A DNA stretch of 64,000 nucleotides from an uncultured Lachnospiraceae bacterium. Its GTDB lineage: Bacteria; Bacillota; Clostridia; Lachnospirales; Lachnospiraceae. The notes below the pieces were generated by a model. The model had not been told where the DNA came from and searched no databases. It was given only the letters and a program-made list of their open reading frames with translations. The stretch is taken from the NCBI GenBank assembly GCA_949893755.1, contig CATLCV010000001.1:57091-121090 (forward strand). Reading direction: 5' to 3'. Each line of letters opens with the position of its first letter. The first letter of the stretch is position 1. Shown one piece after another: positions 8,411 to 18,311 of the stretch. The position numbers were made by a program, and so were the translations under genes.

Positions 8411-10021
8411 TTATCTCTCATGGCGCGCATACTTCGGAAGAAGCTTCGGTGATACCTCTCCTGTCGCCGCGCAAGCGTTCTTTAATTCCTCATCATAGCT
8501 TGCCACATGATCCAGATTCATGGTGCCGAGCTCTACCTCTTTCGCCTTTGCCGCCGCTTTCTTGCCTGCGTTCCGGCCGAATACGATCACGTCAAGAAGG
8601 GAGTTGCCCATCAGTCTGTTTGTTCCGTGGATTCCGCCCGCTGCCTCGCCTGCTGCCAGAAGATTCGGAATGTTCTTTGCGAAGCCTTCTCCGTCGATCT
8701 CAAGGCCGCCGTTCTGATAGTGCAGTGTCGGGTAGATCAGGATCGGTACTTTTCTCATATCGATTCCATATTTCATATACATACGGAACATGGCCGGGAT
8801 CCTCTTTTCGATCGTTCCCTCACCTCCGAGGATTTCGATCATCGGTGTATCAAGCCATACGCCGTGCTCTCCGTCAGGCGTCTCTACGCCGCGGCCTTCC
8901 CTGCATTCCCGGATTACGCCGGAAGCGTTGACGTCGCGGGTCTCCAGCGGATGAATATATGCTTCCCCGTTCGCATTGACAAGCTGAGCGCCGACAGAAC
9001 GAACCTTCTCTGTCACAAGCGCGCCCAGGATCTGTACCGGATACGCAACGCCGGTGGGATGGTACTGGATGGAATCCTGGTAAAGAAGCGGTACTCCCGC
9101 CCGGTATCCAAGTACGAGCCCGTCTGCCGTTGCCCCGTAGTGATTGGAGGTCGGGAATCCCTGATAATGCATTCTTCCCGCGCCGCCGGTTGCGATCACA
9201 ACGGTCTTTGCTCTTGCAACGGAATAGTCTCCTGTCTCCATATTGAGAAGTACCGCGCCTGCTGCCTGGCCCTTCTCATCTTTGATGATCTCTACCGCGG
9301 AAGTAAACTCTACCACCGGAATCTGAAGATTCAATACTTCGTCGCGGAGTGTACGCATGATCTCTGCTCCGGAATAATCCTTACATGCATGCATTCTCTT
9401 TCTGGAGGTACCGCCGCCGTGGGTCGTTACCATCCGTCCGTCCGCGTCCTTGTCAAACATGACGCCCAGTTCGTTCAGCCATTTGATCGCGTCGGGCGCT
9501 TCCATTACGAGACGTTTTACCAGCTCCGGCTTTGCAGCGAAGTGTCCGCCGCCGAACGCGTCCAGATAATGCTGAACCGGAGAATCATTTTCCTTATCCG
9601 CCGCCTGGATACCGCCTTCCGCCATCATCGTATTCGCGTCGCCGATACGGAGCTTTGTCACGATCATCACGTTTGCGCCTGCATTGTGCGCTTCGATGGC
9701 GCAGGAGGAACCTGCTCCGCCGCCGCCGATCACAAGTACATCTACGTCATAATCTACCTTCGTGATGTCAACCTTCTCCTGCACAAGACGGCTTGTGGAG
9801 TGAAGCATTTCAGCCAGCTCAAGGGGTGCTTTTTGTCCTTTGTTCGGGCCTACTTTAATCTCTGCAAATGCATCTGGATTATAATCCGGATGGAATTCCT
9901 TCAGGAGAGCGTCTTTTTCGTCGGCAGTCAGACGTCTCGGTTCTGTAGACATACGCTCTGCCCTTGTAGCCTCTACCTTTTTGATGGATTCCATCATATT
10001 TTCTGGATATGGTGTATACAT
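8411..10021 (-). CDS. Soluble fumarate reductase flavoprotein subunit (FrdA/TfrA-like)
   Basis: GGGGAG FAD motif, AEGG, ATGGAG, QYHPTG, TRDV, PTLHYQNGG, HGTNRLMGNSL; ATG at 10021 after GGGGAGG; next to fumarase genes. Confidence 0.85.
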   Translation of the reverse strand: MYTPYPENMMESIKKVEATRAERMSTEPRRLTADEKDALLKEFHPDYNPDAFAEIKVGPNKGQKAPLELAEMLHSTSRLVQEKVDITKVDYDVDVLVIGGGGAGSSCAIEAHNAGANVMIVTKLRIGDANTMMAEGGIQAADKENDSPVQHYLDAFGGGHFAAKPELVKRLVMEAPDAIKWLNELGVMFDKDADGRMVTTHGGGTSRKRMHACKDYSGAEIMRTLRDEVLNLQIPVVEFTSAVEIIKDEKGQAAGAVLLNMETGDYSVARAKTVVIATGGAGRMHYQGFPTSNHYGATADGLVLGYRAGVPLLYQDSIQYHPTGVAYPVQILGALVTEKVRSVGAQLVNANGEAYIHPLETRDVNASGVIRECREGRGVETPDGEHGVWLDTPMIEILGGEGTIEKRIPAMFRMYMKYGIDMRKVPILIYPTLHYQNGGLEIDGEGFAKNIPNLLAAGEAAGGIHGTNRLMGNSLLDVIVFGRNAGKKAAAKAKEVELGTMNLDHVASYDEELKNACAATGEVSPKLLPKYARHER

Positions 10022-10034
10022 ATTCGACCCTCCC

Positions 10035-10718
10035 CTATTTCTCAATCTCTCTTGTGTTGTAAAGTTCCTGCATCTCTGTGATCGGCTTCTGCATGATCTG
10101 CTCGATCAGGCTGTCGTACTCGCCCCGGTTCACCTCGTCCACACGGTTTTTGAGATGCTCGGTCTCAGGCGCGATGTACTTGCCGGTGAGACGTCTTGCC
10201 AGGAGTCCAACCATCGGATGGGAGATTCCCGCCGGACATCTTACGGAACAGCATCCGCAGCTTACACAGTCAAAGGACTCTTCCGCACATTTCTCAAATT
10301 CGCCCCGCTGCGCGTATGCGATATACTGCATAACATTCAGATCCTGGGTACATGCTTTCGTACATGCGTTGCATCCGATACAGCTGTAGATCTCCGGATA
10401 CAGCTCCATCATGATCTGCTGGGTCGGCTTGATCTCTTCAATATCATAGGTCCTCTTATCTGTCGGGAAGAAGGGGATGCTTGCCACATACATTCCTTCT
10501 TCTACCTGTGTCTGGCAGGCAAGGCAGGTCTTTAATTCATTTTTTCCCTTGATCCTGTAGATCGTCGCACATGCTCCGCAGAAACCATGACGGCAGCCGC
10601 ATCCTCTTCCAAGTGTATATCCGGCATATTCCATCGCAGTCATGATCGTAAGTTCTGCAGGTACGCTGTATTTTTTACCGAAAAAATATACATTTACCAT
10701 CTTTTCCATGTTATTCAT
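10035..10718 (-). CDS. Fumarate reductase iron-sulfur subunit (FrdB/SdhB-like)
   Basis: [2Fe-2S] GCRHGFCGAC...CLAC plus CIGCNACTKAC and CVSCGCCSVRCP. Confidence 0.8.
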   Translation of the reverse strand: MNNMEKMVNVYFFGKKYSVPAELTIMTAMEYAGYTLGRGCGCRHGFCGACATIYRIKGKNELKTCLACQTQVEEGMYVASIPFFPTDKRTYDIEEIKPTQQIMMELYPEIYSCIGCNACTKACTQDLNVMQYIAYAQRGEFEKCAEESFDCVSCGCCSVRCPAGISHPMVGLLARRLTGKYIAPETEHLKNRVDEVNRGEYDSLIEQIMQKPITEMQELYNTREIEK

Positions 10719-10729
10719 GTCCTTTCACT

Positions 10730-11584
10730 TTAATACTCGTTTGGCAGTTCATCAATCTCATCATACCGGAATACCGGGCCGTCCTTGCACACATATTTGG
10801 AGCCGATGTTGCAGCGTCCGCACTTTCCGACTCCGCACTTCATCCGAAGCTCCAGTGTCGTGTAGACCTGCTCTGTGGTAAATCCAAGCTCCTTTAAGCC
10901 TGCAAGCACAAACTTGATCATGATCGGAGGCCCGCACACAAGCGCAGTCTTGTCCGTATCAAATCCAAGCTCCTTCACATAATTGGGAACAAATCCAACA
11001 TGGCCGTCCCAGCCTTCCTGCTCACGGTCGATGGTCAGGTATACATTCACGCCCTCTGCCTTCATCCAGACCTCCTGGATCTCCTTGAGCTGAACCAGAT
11101 CCTCTGCAGAACGGGAACCATAGACAATATCTACCGTACCGTAATTCGCGCGGTTATCCAGCACATAATTGATCACGGAACGAAGCGGCGCAAGGCCGAT
11201 ACCGCCTGCGATAAACAGAAGGTTTTTGCCTTTCAGCTCCGTCTCCACCGGGAAAGAATTGCCGTAGGGTCCGCGGACCGTGATCTCATCGCCCACCTCC
11301 AGGCTGTGGAGATAATCAGTCAGGATCCCGCATTTCTTAATGCTGAACTCCTGATATTCTTTATTCGTAGGCGAAGAAGTAATGGAAAACATACCCTCGC
11401 TGATACCCGGCGCGCAGACCATGGCGCACTGCCCCGGCATATGCTCAAAGAGCTTGCCGCCCTCCGGCGCGTTGACGCGGAATGTCTTGACGTCCGGCGT
11501 CTCTTCCCGGATATCCGTGATCACGCCTACCTGGGGGATCAGAGTATCTAATGTATAATTCTTATGACATGTACATTCACCCAT
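10730..11584 (-). CDS. FlxA-like FAD/NAD(P)-binding oxidoreductase (AsrB/PyrK family)
   Basis: PGQ..FSITS, VRGPYGN, IAGGIGLAP, VCGPPIM, MKCGVGKCGRC..CKDGPVF. Confidence 0.88.
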   Translation of the reverse strand: MGECTCHKNYTLDTLIPQVGVITDIREETPDVKTFRVNAPEGGKLFEHMPGQCAMVCAPGISEGMFSITSSPTNKEYQEFSIKKCGILTDYLHSLEVGDEITVRGPYGNSFPVETELKGKNLLFIAGGIGLAPLRSVINYVLDNRANYGTVDIVYGSRSAEDLVQLKEIQEVWMKAEGVNVYLTIDREQEGWDGHVGFVPNYVKELGFDTDKTALVCGPPIMIKFVLAGLKELGFTTEQVYTTLELRMKCGVGKCGRCNIGSKYVCKDGPVFRYDEIDELPNEY

Positions 11585-12615
11585 TATTTTTCACCTCCCT
11601 GATTCTGAAATGCTTTCACGACCTTCACGATATTCAGGGCGGACGGACATTTTTCCACACAGCGTCCGCAGCCTACGCAGGAGTACATCCCGTCATTGTT
11701 GGCCGGATAGTACACCAGCTTGTGCATAAATCTCTGGCGGAACCGCTGCATCTGGCTGGTACGGTTGTTGCCGTGAGCCATCATCGTAAAGTCTGAGTAC
11801 ATGCAGGAATCCCAGCATCTGTAACGGGAAACGCTGTTTCCTGCGGTATAATCCTTGATATCATAGCACTGGCAGGTAGGGCACACAAAGGTACAGGTGC
11901 CGCATGCCAGACATGGCTTGTATAATTCTTCCCAGATCGGGGAGTCAAATTTTTCCGTAAGGGCATCCCCGTTCCATCCTTCTAAGGAAAGATTCATATA
12001 GGGCAGCTTTTCCACGATCCCGCGGATGGCTTCCTTTTCCGCTTCTACGGCCGCTTCATCCGCGTCTGAGAGCAGTTCCTTCACTGCGGCTGTCAGCGTC
12101 TCTCCCTTTTCGGTCAGCGCTTTCCAGTACAGGTCCTCTCCCACCATCCAGACAGCAACGTCTGATGCAGGCTGTGCCGCGTCTACGCCGAACACCTTGC
12201 AGAAGCAGGTTTCCTCCGGCTCATGGCAGGCCATGGCCACGACCGTTCCGTGGTCTCTTCTGGCCGCGTAGAAGGTATCAATGGGATCCGCGAGAAATAC
12301 ATTGTCCAGTACCTCCAGGCCCTTGACGTCGCATGCCTTCATGCCGAACACGACAAAGTCCTGCTCCTTCAATGTCTCCGGCTCTACCGACATCTTCTTA
12401 CCTTCTTTTTTGACCGTGTAAAGCCCCTCGCTCTGCGGGAAAAATGCGTCCTTTGCTGATTTCACGGTTTTCAGCGTATCCAGATCCACCTCCGCATCCT
12501 CGGTCCATGCGGCAAAATTGGTCTGTCCGGCTGTCTTTACCGGAAGATACAGTTCCCGGTTTTCCGCGATTAAATGGAATAATGCGGAAAGATCTTTTTT
12601 TGCTATCTTATACAT
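11584..12615 (-). CDS. FlxB-like 4Fe-4S protein (AsrA family)
   Basis: CLACGTCTFVCPTCQC, RCWDSC, RFRQRFMHKL, CVGCGRCVEKCP. Confidence 0.85.
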   Translation of the reverse strand: MYKIAKKDLSALFHLIAENRELYLPVKTAGQTNFAAWTEDAEVDLDTLKTVKSAKDAFFPQSEGLYTVKKEGKKMSVEPETLKEQDFVVFGMKACDVKGLEVLDNVFLADPIDTFYAARRDHGTVVAMACHEPEETCFCKVFGVDAAQPASDVAVWMVGEDLYWKALTEKGETLTAAVKELLSDADEAAVEAEKEAIRGIVEKLPYMNLSLEGWNGDALTEKFDSPIWEELYKPCLACGTCTFVCPTCQCYDIKDYTAGNSVSRYRCWDSCMYSDFTMMAHGNNRTSQMQRFRQRFMHKLVYYPANNDGMYSCVGCGRCVEKCPSALNIVKVVKAFQNQGGEK

Positions 12616-12618
12616 ACA

Positions 12619-13593
12619 TTATCCCCTCTTTCCTACAATACTTGGTTCCGCGTCTCCAAACGTGTAGTTGGTGAGCGGTGCTTTTGAATCGGTATCTTCC
12701 CCTGCCTGATATTCGCCGTACAGCTCGTCAATATCCTTGATAAACTTACGGTTGAACAGGTGGAGCGGGATTCCCTGAGGACATACGCGGCTGCATTCTC
12801 CGCAGTCCGTACATCTTCCTGCCACGTGGAAGGCACGGATGATATGGAACATCTTTTCCTCAAAGGTGTCCACATTGGCCTTCTGGGAGCTGTCGAACTT
12901 GTTGCTGTCAAATACGCACTTGCGGCAGCTGCAGGCCGGACATGCATTTCTGCAGGCATTGCAGCGGATACATTTGCTCAATTCACTCTGGAAGAACGCA
13001 AACTTCTCCTCCGGGCTCATGGCCTCGATCCTTGCCACCTCGTCAAAACGCTCTCCGTCCTTGGTCTCCTTGGACTCTCCGATCAGTTCATCGTAGACCA
13101 TGTGGTCCTTGCCCTTGCAGACATGGCATCTTTCCAGCATGGCATCTGCATAGGCGCAGGTCTTTTCTCCGTAGATGGTCTGGATCTTAAGGGTCTCTGC
13201 ATCATCGGTGAGCTCTGCGCCTTCGATGCTCTCGATTCCTTTGATCCCCTGCTTTCTGATCCGTTCGATATCCAGTTTTCCTTTGCATCCCACACCTACG
13301 ATATAGGCTTTTTCCCTGTCTACGCGGTGTTCCTTCAAAAGCTGGTTGAAGCTGTATGTATCACAGGGCTTCAGGCAGACAAGGGTCTTTCCTTCCAGCT
13401 TGGATGCCTCGATCATATATTTACTCAGGTTGGCTCCGCAGAATCCGTTATACACGAAATCCTCCAGAGCTTCCGCTGTCTCAAAGTAAGCCGGCTCCGG
13501 GTTATAAGGCAAGTCTCCGGCCTTCCAGCCGAGAACCCGTGCCACAGTCCCATCTGCCAGCAGTTCTTTTGCACGGTTTACTAATTCTTGCAT
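12619..13593 (-). CDS. FlxC-like 4Fe-4S protein (FdhB/FrhB-related)
   Basis: KPCD, CIRCNACRNACPACSC, FHIIRAFHVAGRCTDCGECSRVCP. Confidence 0.82.
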   Translation of the reverse strand: MQELVNRAKELLADGTVARVLGWKAGDLPYNPEPAYFETAEALEDFVYNGFCGANLSKYMIEASKLEGKTLVCLKPCDTYSFNQLLKEHRVDREKAYIVGVGCKGKLDIERIRKQGIKGIESIEGAELTDDAETLKIQTIYGEKTCAYADAMLERCHVCKGKDHMVYDELIGESKETKDGERFDEVARIEAMSPEEKFAFFQSELSKCIRCNACRNACPACSCRKCVFDSNKFDSSQKANVDTFEEKMFHIIRAFHVAGRCTDCGECSRVCPQGIPLHLFNRKFIKDIDELYGEYQAGEDTDSKAPLTNYTFGDAEPSIVGKRG

Positions 13594-14021
13594 CTTAGAT
13601 CCCCCAATCTTACGTTTTCGCCAAGAGAATAGATCTTCTCTACAAAGCTGTTCATTGTCTCAGAGAACTTCACACCCTCCGCTGCAGATACCCACTCTAC
13701 GCGTGTACGGCCGTTTTCCACACCGATGTAGTCCAGCATGGAGAACAGCAATGTCATACGTCTTCTTGCGTAGTAATTGCCGGTGCTGTAATGGCAGTCT
13801 CCCGGGTGGCATCCGCACATGATCACGCCGTCCGCGCCTTTCTCAAATGCCCTTAAGATGAACATCGGATTCACACGGCAGGAACAGGGAACGCGGATGA
13901 TCTTTACGTCGGCAGGATAGGACAGACGGCTGCTTCCTGCCAGGTCAGCTCCTGCATAACTGCACCAGTTACAGCAGAACGCTACAATTTTCGGTTTGAA
14001 TTCTTTCTTTTCTAACGACAT
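13581..14021 (-). CDS. mvhD: MvhD/FlxD-type [2Fe-2S] subunit
   Basis: FCCNWCSYAGADLAG, IRVPCS.RV, GADGV..GCHPGDCHY..GN, WVSAAEG. Confidence 0.92.
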   Translation of the reverse strand: MSLEKKEFKPKIVAFCCNWCSYAGADLAGSSRLSYPADVKIIRVPCSCRVNPMFILRAFEKGADGVIMCGCHPGDCHYSTGNYYARRRMTLLFSMLDYIGVENGRTRVEWVSAAEGVKFSETMNSFVEKIYSLGENVRLGDLRCKN

Positions 14022-16000
14022 ATTGCATCCACCTCCGCTATGATCTGTCTATTCGAGAATCCCTGCAGATCCATGGCTCCGGACGGACATGCAACGGTAC
14101 ATGCGCCGCAGCCCTGGCAGAGCGCGTTATTCACGACTGCTACCCGGCGTGTCTCGCGGATTCCATGGTCATTGACTTCTTTATCCTCATAGGTGATCGC
14201 ACCATACGGACATACATTCTCACAGGTGGAACATCCGTTGCACAGCAGGATATCCGACTGCGCGGTGCATGGGTTGGTCAGCAGCTTATCCTTCGCCAGC
14301 AGCCCGATCGCCTTCACCGCCGCAGCACCTGCCTGGGCAACCGTCTCCGGAATATCCTTCGGTCCCTGGCATACGCCGGACAGGAAGATACCCGCTGTGG
14401 GAGATTCTACCGGACGGAGCTTCGCGTGCGCTTCGGTCAGGAAGTTGTTGGTGTCAATACTTGCGGTCAGCATGGTCGCGATCTTGCGCACATCCGGATT
14501 CGGCTCGATGGCTGTCGCCAGGACCACCATATCCGCCTCTTTCAGGATCTGCCGGTTGTCCAGAAGATCTGAGCCCTGAACCAGCAGCTTGCCGTCGGGC
14601 TGAGGAATGACCTTTCCGACCTGTCCCTTGATATAATTCACTCCATACTGCTCTACCGCTCTTCTGTAGAACTCGTCAAAGTTCTTGCCCGGTGTACGGA
14701 CGTCAATATAGAACACGGTCACGTTCACATCCGGATATTTGTCACGGATCAGCATGGCGTGCTTCGCGGTGTACATACAGCAGATCTTGGAGCAGTACGG
14801 TTTTCCTCTGTCGTCGGAGCAGCGGCTTCCCACGCACTGGATAAATACGATCTCCTTGGGCGCTTTTCCGTCGGAGAGACGCTCTAAGTGTCCGTGAGTC
14901 GGTCCTGCCGCGTTCATCACACGCTCCAGTTCCAGGGATGTGATGACGTCCTTGCTCTGGCTGTACGCGTACTCGTCATATTTGTCCAGGTTGATGGTGT
15001 CAAATCCGGTCGCAACCACGATCGCGCCGTACTTCTCTGTTATGATCTCGTCCTTCTGCTCGTAATCGATGGCTCCTGCCTGGCAGACCTTGGAGCAGAG
15101 TCCGCACTTGCCGGTCTTGAACTTGATGCAGGCCTCGCGGTCGATCACCGGAACATTCGGGATAGCCTGCGCAAACGGGGTATAGATCGCGCTTCTGGTG
15201 TTCAGCCCCCGGTTAAATTCGCTGGGCGCCTTCTTGGACGGACATTTCTCCTGGCATACGCCGCAGCCCGTACATTTGTCCATATCCACGCTTCTTGCCT
15301 TCTTGCGGATATCTACCGTAAAGTCGCCTACGAACCCGCTGACCTTCTCTACCTCACTGTATGTATAGATCTTGATCTTGTCGTGGGCCGATGCTTCCAC
15401 CATCTTCGGTGTCAGGATACATGCGGAGCAGTCCAGCGTGGGGAATGTCTTGTCCAGCTGTGACATCCTTCCGCCGATGCTGGGCGTCTTCTCCACGATA
15501 TCCACTTCATAGCCTGCGTCCGCGATATCCAGAGCGGTCTGGATTCCCGCGATACCGCCGCCGATGACGAGCGCTCTCTTGGTCACACGGCTTTCCCCTG
15601 CCTGAAGCGGCGCGTTTAAGTTCACCTTCGCGACCGCCGCACGCATCAGGATGACGGCCTTCTTCGTCCCTTCCTCCATATCCTTGTGGATCCAGGAACA
15701 ATGCTCACGGATGTTGGCGATCTCTACCATATATGGATTCAATCCGGCACGCTCTGCTGCCTTTCTGAATGTGGTCTCATGCATACGCGGGGAACAGGAA
15801 CATACAACGACTCCTGTCAGTCCCTTCTCATGGATGGCCGCCGCGATCTTTGCCTGTCCTGCCTCGGAACACATATACTGGTAGTCTTCGGCATGGACAA
15901 CGCCCGGCTCCATCTGTGCCATCTCTACGACTTTTTTTACATCCACCGTTGCGGCGATATTGCTTCCGCAATGGCAGACAAATACTCCGATCCTCTGCAC
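14012..16000 (-). CDS. hdrA: Heterodisulfide reductase subunit A (bifurcating flavoprotein)
   Basis: IGVFVCHCG.NIA, CSCSPRMHE, NIREHCSW, IGGGIAG, QLDKTFPTLDCSACIL, IQCVGSR, CSKICCMY, GPKDIPETV. Confidence 0.96.
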   Translation of the reverse strand: MQRIGVFVCHCGSNIAATVDVKKVVEMAQMEPGVVHAEDYQYMCSEAGQAKIAAAIHEKGLTGVVVCSCSPRMHETTFRKAAERAGLNPYMVEIANIREHCSWIHKDMEEGTKKAVILMRAAVAKVNLNAPLQAGESRVTKRALVIGGGIAGIQTALDIADAGYEVDIVEKTPSIGGRMSQLDKTFPTLDCSACILTPKMVEASAHDKIKIYTYSEVEKVSGFVGDFTVDIRKKARSVDMDKCTGCGVCQEKCPSKKAPSEFNRGLNTRSAIYTPFAQAIPNVPVIDREACIKFKTGKCGLCSKVCQAGAIDYEQKDEIITEKYGAIVVATGFDTINLDKYDEYAYSQSKDVITSLELERVMNAAGPTHGHLERLSDGKAPKEIVFIQCVGSRCSDDRGKPYCSKICCMYTAKHAMLIRDKYPDVNVTVFYIDVRTPGKNFDEFYRRAVEQYGVNYIKGQVGKVIPQPDGKLLVQGSDLLDNRQILKEADMVVLATAIEPNPDVRKIATMLTASIDTNNFLTEAHAKLRPVESPTAGIFLSGVCQGPKDIPETVAQAGAAAVKAIGLLAKDKLLTNPCTAQSDILLCNGCSTCENVCPYGAITYEDKEVNDHGIRETRRVAVVNNALCQGCGACTVACPSGAMDLQGFSNRQIIAEVDAICR

Positions 16001-16007
16001 TTAAACC

Positions 16008-16397
16008 TCACCTCCTGTATCTTCTGAATGCACTGACTAATAACTGCTGCGGAAGTTCCGGGTCGATCAGCTCCGGAATTTCGTTCGGAGACAGGTAATC
16101 CTGATCCTTCTGACGTACCACGACCTGTCTTGCCGCGTCGATCAGCTTGCCCGGTTTTACGTCGCGTGGGCATCTCTCTACACATGCAAAGCAGGAAAGG
16201 CATTTCCAGAGAGACTTGGAATTCACAAGGCTCTCGATATCTTCATTGATCACATAGGATACAAACTGATGCGGTTTGATATCCATCTCATTGTAAGACG
16301 GACAGGTTGCAGAGCATTTCCCGCATTTCATGCATTTCAACGGATTGACCCCGCTGATCTCTTTGATCAGCTCGGCCTGTTTCTTTTCAGAACTCAT
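16008..16397 (-). CDS. hdrC: Heterodisulfide reductase subunit C
   Basis: CMKCGKCSATCP and WKCLSCFACVERCPR, between hdrB and hdrA. Confidence 0.9.
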   Translation of the reverse strand: MSSEKKQAELIKEISGVNPLKCMKCGKCSATCPSYNEMDIKPHQFVSYVINEDIESLVNSKSLWKCLSCFACVERCPRDVKPGKLIDAARQVVVRQKDQDYLSPNEIPELIDPELPQQLLVSAFRRYRR

Positions 16398-17188
16398 GAC
16401 TTCTGCACCTCCTCTTTCACGCCAAGAGCCTCTGCCAGCAGCTCCGTAAAGTAAACCACCGGGAGCTTCCCGCTGCTCTTGTTCAGATTATACAGACATA
16501 ACGGACATGCCGTGATCAGCATCTCGGCTCCGAAGCCTTCTGCGCTGTCCGTGATCTTTTCACACATCGTTTTAGACATTTCCTTTTCCTTCAGGGAAAT
16601 GTAACCGCCGCAGCACTCGTTGCGGTACGGGTAAACGACCGGCTCCGCTCCGATGGCACGGATAAAGTCCTCGATGATCTTCGGATTCTCCGGATCGTCA
16701 AAAGCCAAAAGGCTGCTCGGACGCAGAAGCAGGCACCCGTAGTAAGCGCCGATCTTCTTCCCCGTCAGAGGATTGGTCACCTTTTTCTTCAGCTCGTCAA
16801 ATCCAATCCTGTCACGAAGAACCTCTAAGAAATGAAGGACCTCTGTTTCGCCTGCATAAGGCTCTTCAAGCTCCATATAGTTGTTTGCCCTGGTACGGAT
16901 ATCCTCTACGTTCTTCATGTCGTCATTGACACGCTTGATCACATGATGGCACGCGGAACACAGGGTCACAAGACTCTGTCCTTTTACCTTAGCCTCATTC
17001 AGAGCGCGGACAGAAGACAGCTTCGTAGCGATCTCGTCAGTACCAAGCGGATAGACGCCGCCGCAGCACTGCCAGTCTTCAATCTCTTCCAGTTCAAATC
17101 CCAGCGCTTTTGCGGAAGCCCTGGCATAAGCATCCAGATCCTTTGCCTTTGTTCTCAAAGTGCATCCCGGATAATAACTGTACTTCAT
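16394..17188 (-). CDS. hdrB: Heterodisulfide reductase subunit B (CCG domains)
   Basis: YYPGC, DWQCCG, CSAC, YYGCLLLRP, ECCGG, ACPLC..NL. Confidence 0.92.
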   Translation of the reverse strand: MKYSYYPGCTLRTKAKDLDAYARASAKALGFELEEIEDWQCCGGVYPLGTDEIATKLSSVRALNEAKVKGQSLVTLCSACHHVIKRVNDDMKNVEDIRTRANNYMELEEPYAGETEVLHFLEVLRDRIGFDELKKKVTNPLTGKKIGAYYGCLLLRPSSLLAFDDPENPKIIEDFIRAIGAEPVVYPYRNECCGGYISLKEKEMSKTMCEKITDSAEGFGAEMLITACPLCLYNLNKSSGKLPVVYFTELLAEALGVKEEVQKS

Positions 17189-17275
17189 AGTTCTCGCTAT
17201 CCTTTCTTTATTTATTGTTTGTCACCAATTTTCCTTGAAAATTGATGACCTGCTTGCGCGTCAGCGCAATTCCTC

Positions 17276-18211
17276 TTATAATTCAATCTGGGCAATGACT
17301 GCCTTGAGCGCATCCGCGCTTGCTTTCAGTTTTGCTACCTCTTCATCCGTCAGGGTCATCGGAACCTTGCTGTGGATCCCCTTCGGTCCGACCAGTGCAA
17401 GCGTACTCAGGCAGACATCTTCAATGCCGTATTCGCCGTGCATCATGGAAGATACGGTAGATACGGATTCAGAAGCAGCCATCAGGATGCTGCATAATTT
17501 GCACACGCCTCTTGTTACCGCATAGAAGGTAGCTCCCTTATTTGCAATGATCTTGCCGCCGGATTTCTGAACATATGTAAGCATTGCGTCTTTATCCAGC
17601 TTCTCAAAGCCCGGCATCATCTCATAGTAGTCATCTACATTGACGCCCGCGATCCTTGCCGCTGACCATGGAATAAAGGAGGTGTCGCCATGCTCGCCGA
17701 ATACATACGCATGGATATTTCTCTGTGCAACTTTGAAATGTTCGGAAAGACCGCAGCGAAGACGCGCGGAATCCAGAATTGTTCCGGAACCGATGATCTG
17801 ATTCTCCGGAATCCCTGAAATCTTGGTAAATACATAGGTCATGATATCAACCGGATTGCTTACGATGATATAAAGCGCGTTCGGCGCTGCTTTTACGATC
17901 TCCGGCGTGATCTGCTTTAAGATGTTCACGTTGGTCTGGGTCAGCTCAATTCTTGTCTGTCCCGGCTTACGCGCGATTCCGGAAGTGATGATGACGATAT
18001 CGGAATCTTTTGCATCCTCATACTCGCCCGCAACGATAGAAACGGGGTCTCTGAAGCAGGTTCCCTGCTCGATGTCCATCACTTCGCCCTCAACCTTTTC
18101 CTTGTTGATGTCGATCATGACGATCTCAGACGCGATGTCCTCTCCAGACAGTGTGTACGCAATTGTTGAGCCTACGCTTCCGGCTCCAATGATTGTGATT
18201 TTGCTGCTCAT
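17276..18211 (-). CDS. LDH/MDH-family dehydrogenase; LDH-like scaffold, probably malate dehydrogenase
   Basis: IIGAGSVG, VSNPVD, GSGTILDSAR, GEHGDT, KGATFY. Specificity loop GIARKPGQTR carries Arg (MDH-type) rather than Gln. Confidence 0.85.
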   Translation of the reverse strand: MSSKITIIGAGSVGSTIAYTLSGEDIASEIVMIDINKEKVEGEVMDIEQGTCFRDPVSIVAGEYEDAKDSDIVIITSGIARKPGQTRIELTQTNVNILKQITPEIVKAAPNALYIIVSNPVDIMTYVFTKISGIPENQIIGSGTILDSARLRCGLSEHFKVAQRNIHAYVFGEHGDTSFIPWSAARIAGVNVDDYYEMMPGFEKLDKDAMLTYVQKSGGKIIANKGATFYAVTRGVCKLCSILMAASESVSTVSSMMHGEYGIEDVCLSTLALVGPKGIHSKVPMTLTDEEVAKLKASADALKAVIAQIEL

Positions 18212-18311
18212 GTTTTTTTCTCCTTTAACCTATTGTTTTTTACTGAAAGTTATCTTTCGGCGGTCAGCAAATCCTGTCGTATTTTGCTTTCGCTTCAATT
18301 ATAATAACACA

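Noticed and set aside
8411-10021. L-aspartate oxidase nadB
   Set aside because: No nadA/nadC; paired with an FrdB-like Fe-S subunit and fumarase.
8507-10081. 524-aa plus-strand ORF, and similar long antisense ORFs (19694-20677, 27815-28789, 43132-44199, 44765-45712)
   Set aside because: All lie opposite well-supported genes and lack protein-family features.
10730-12615. Anaerobic sulfite reductase asrAB
   Set aside because: No asrC siroheme subunit; the hdr-mvhD context indicates Flx-type subunits.
14012-17188. hdrABC/mvhD as evidence of methanogen or sulfate-reducer origin or contamination
   Set aside because: Composition and flanks appear continuous with Firmicute genes; no mcr, dsr or hydrogenase catalytic subunits present.
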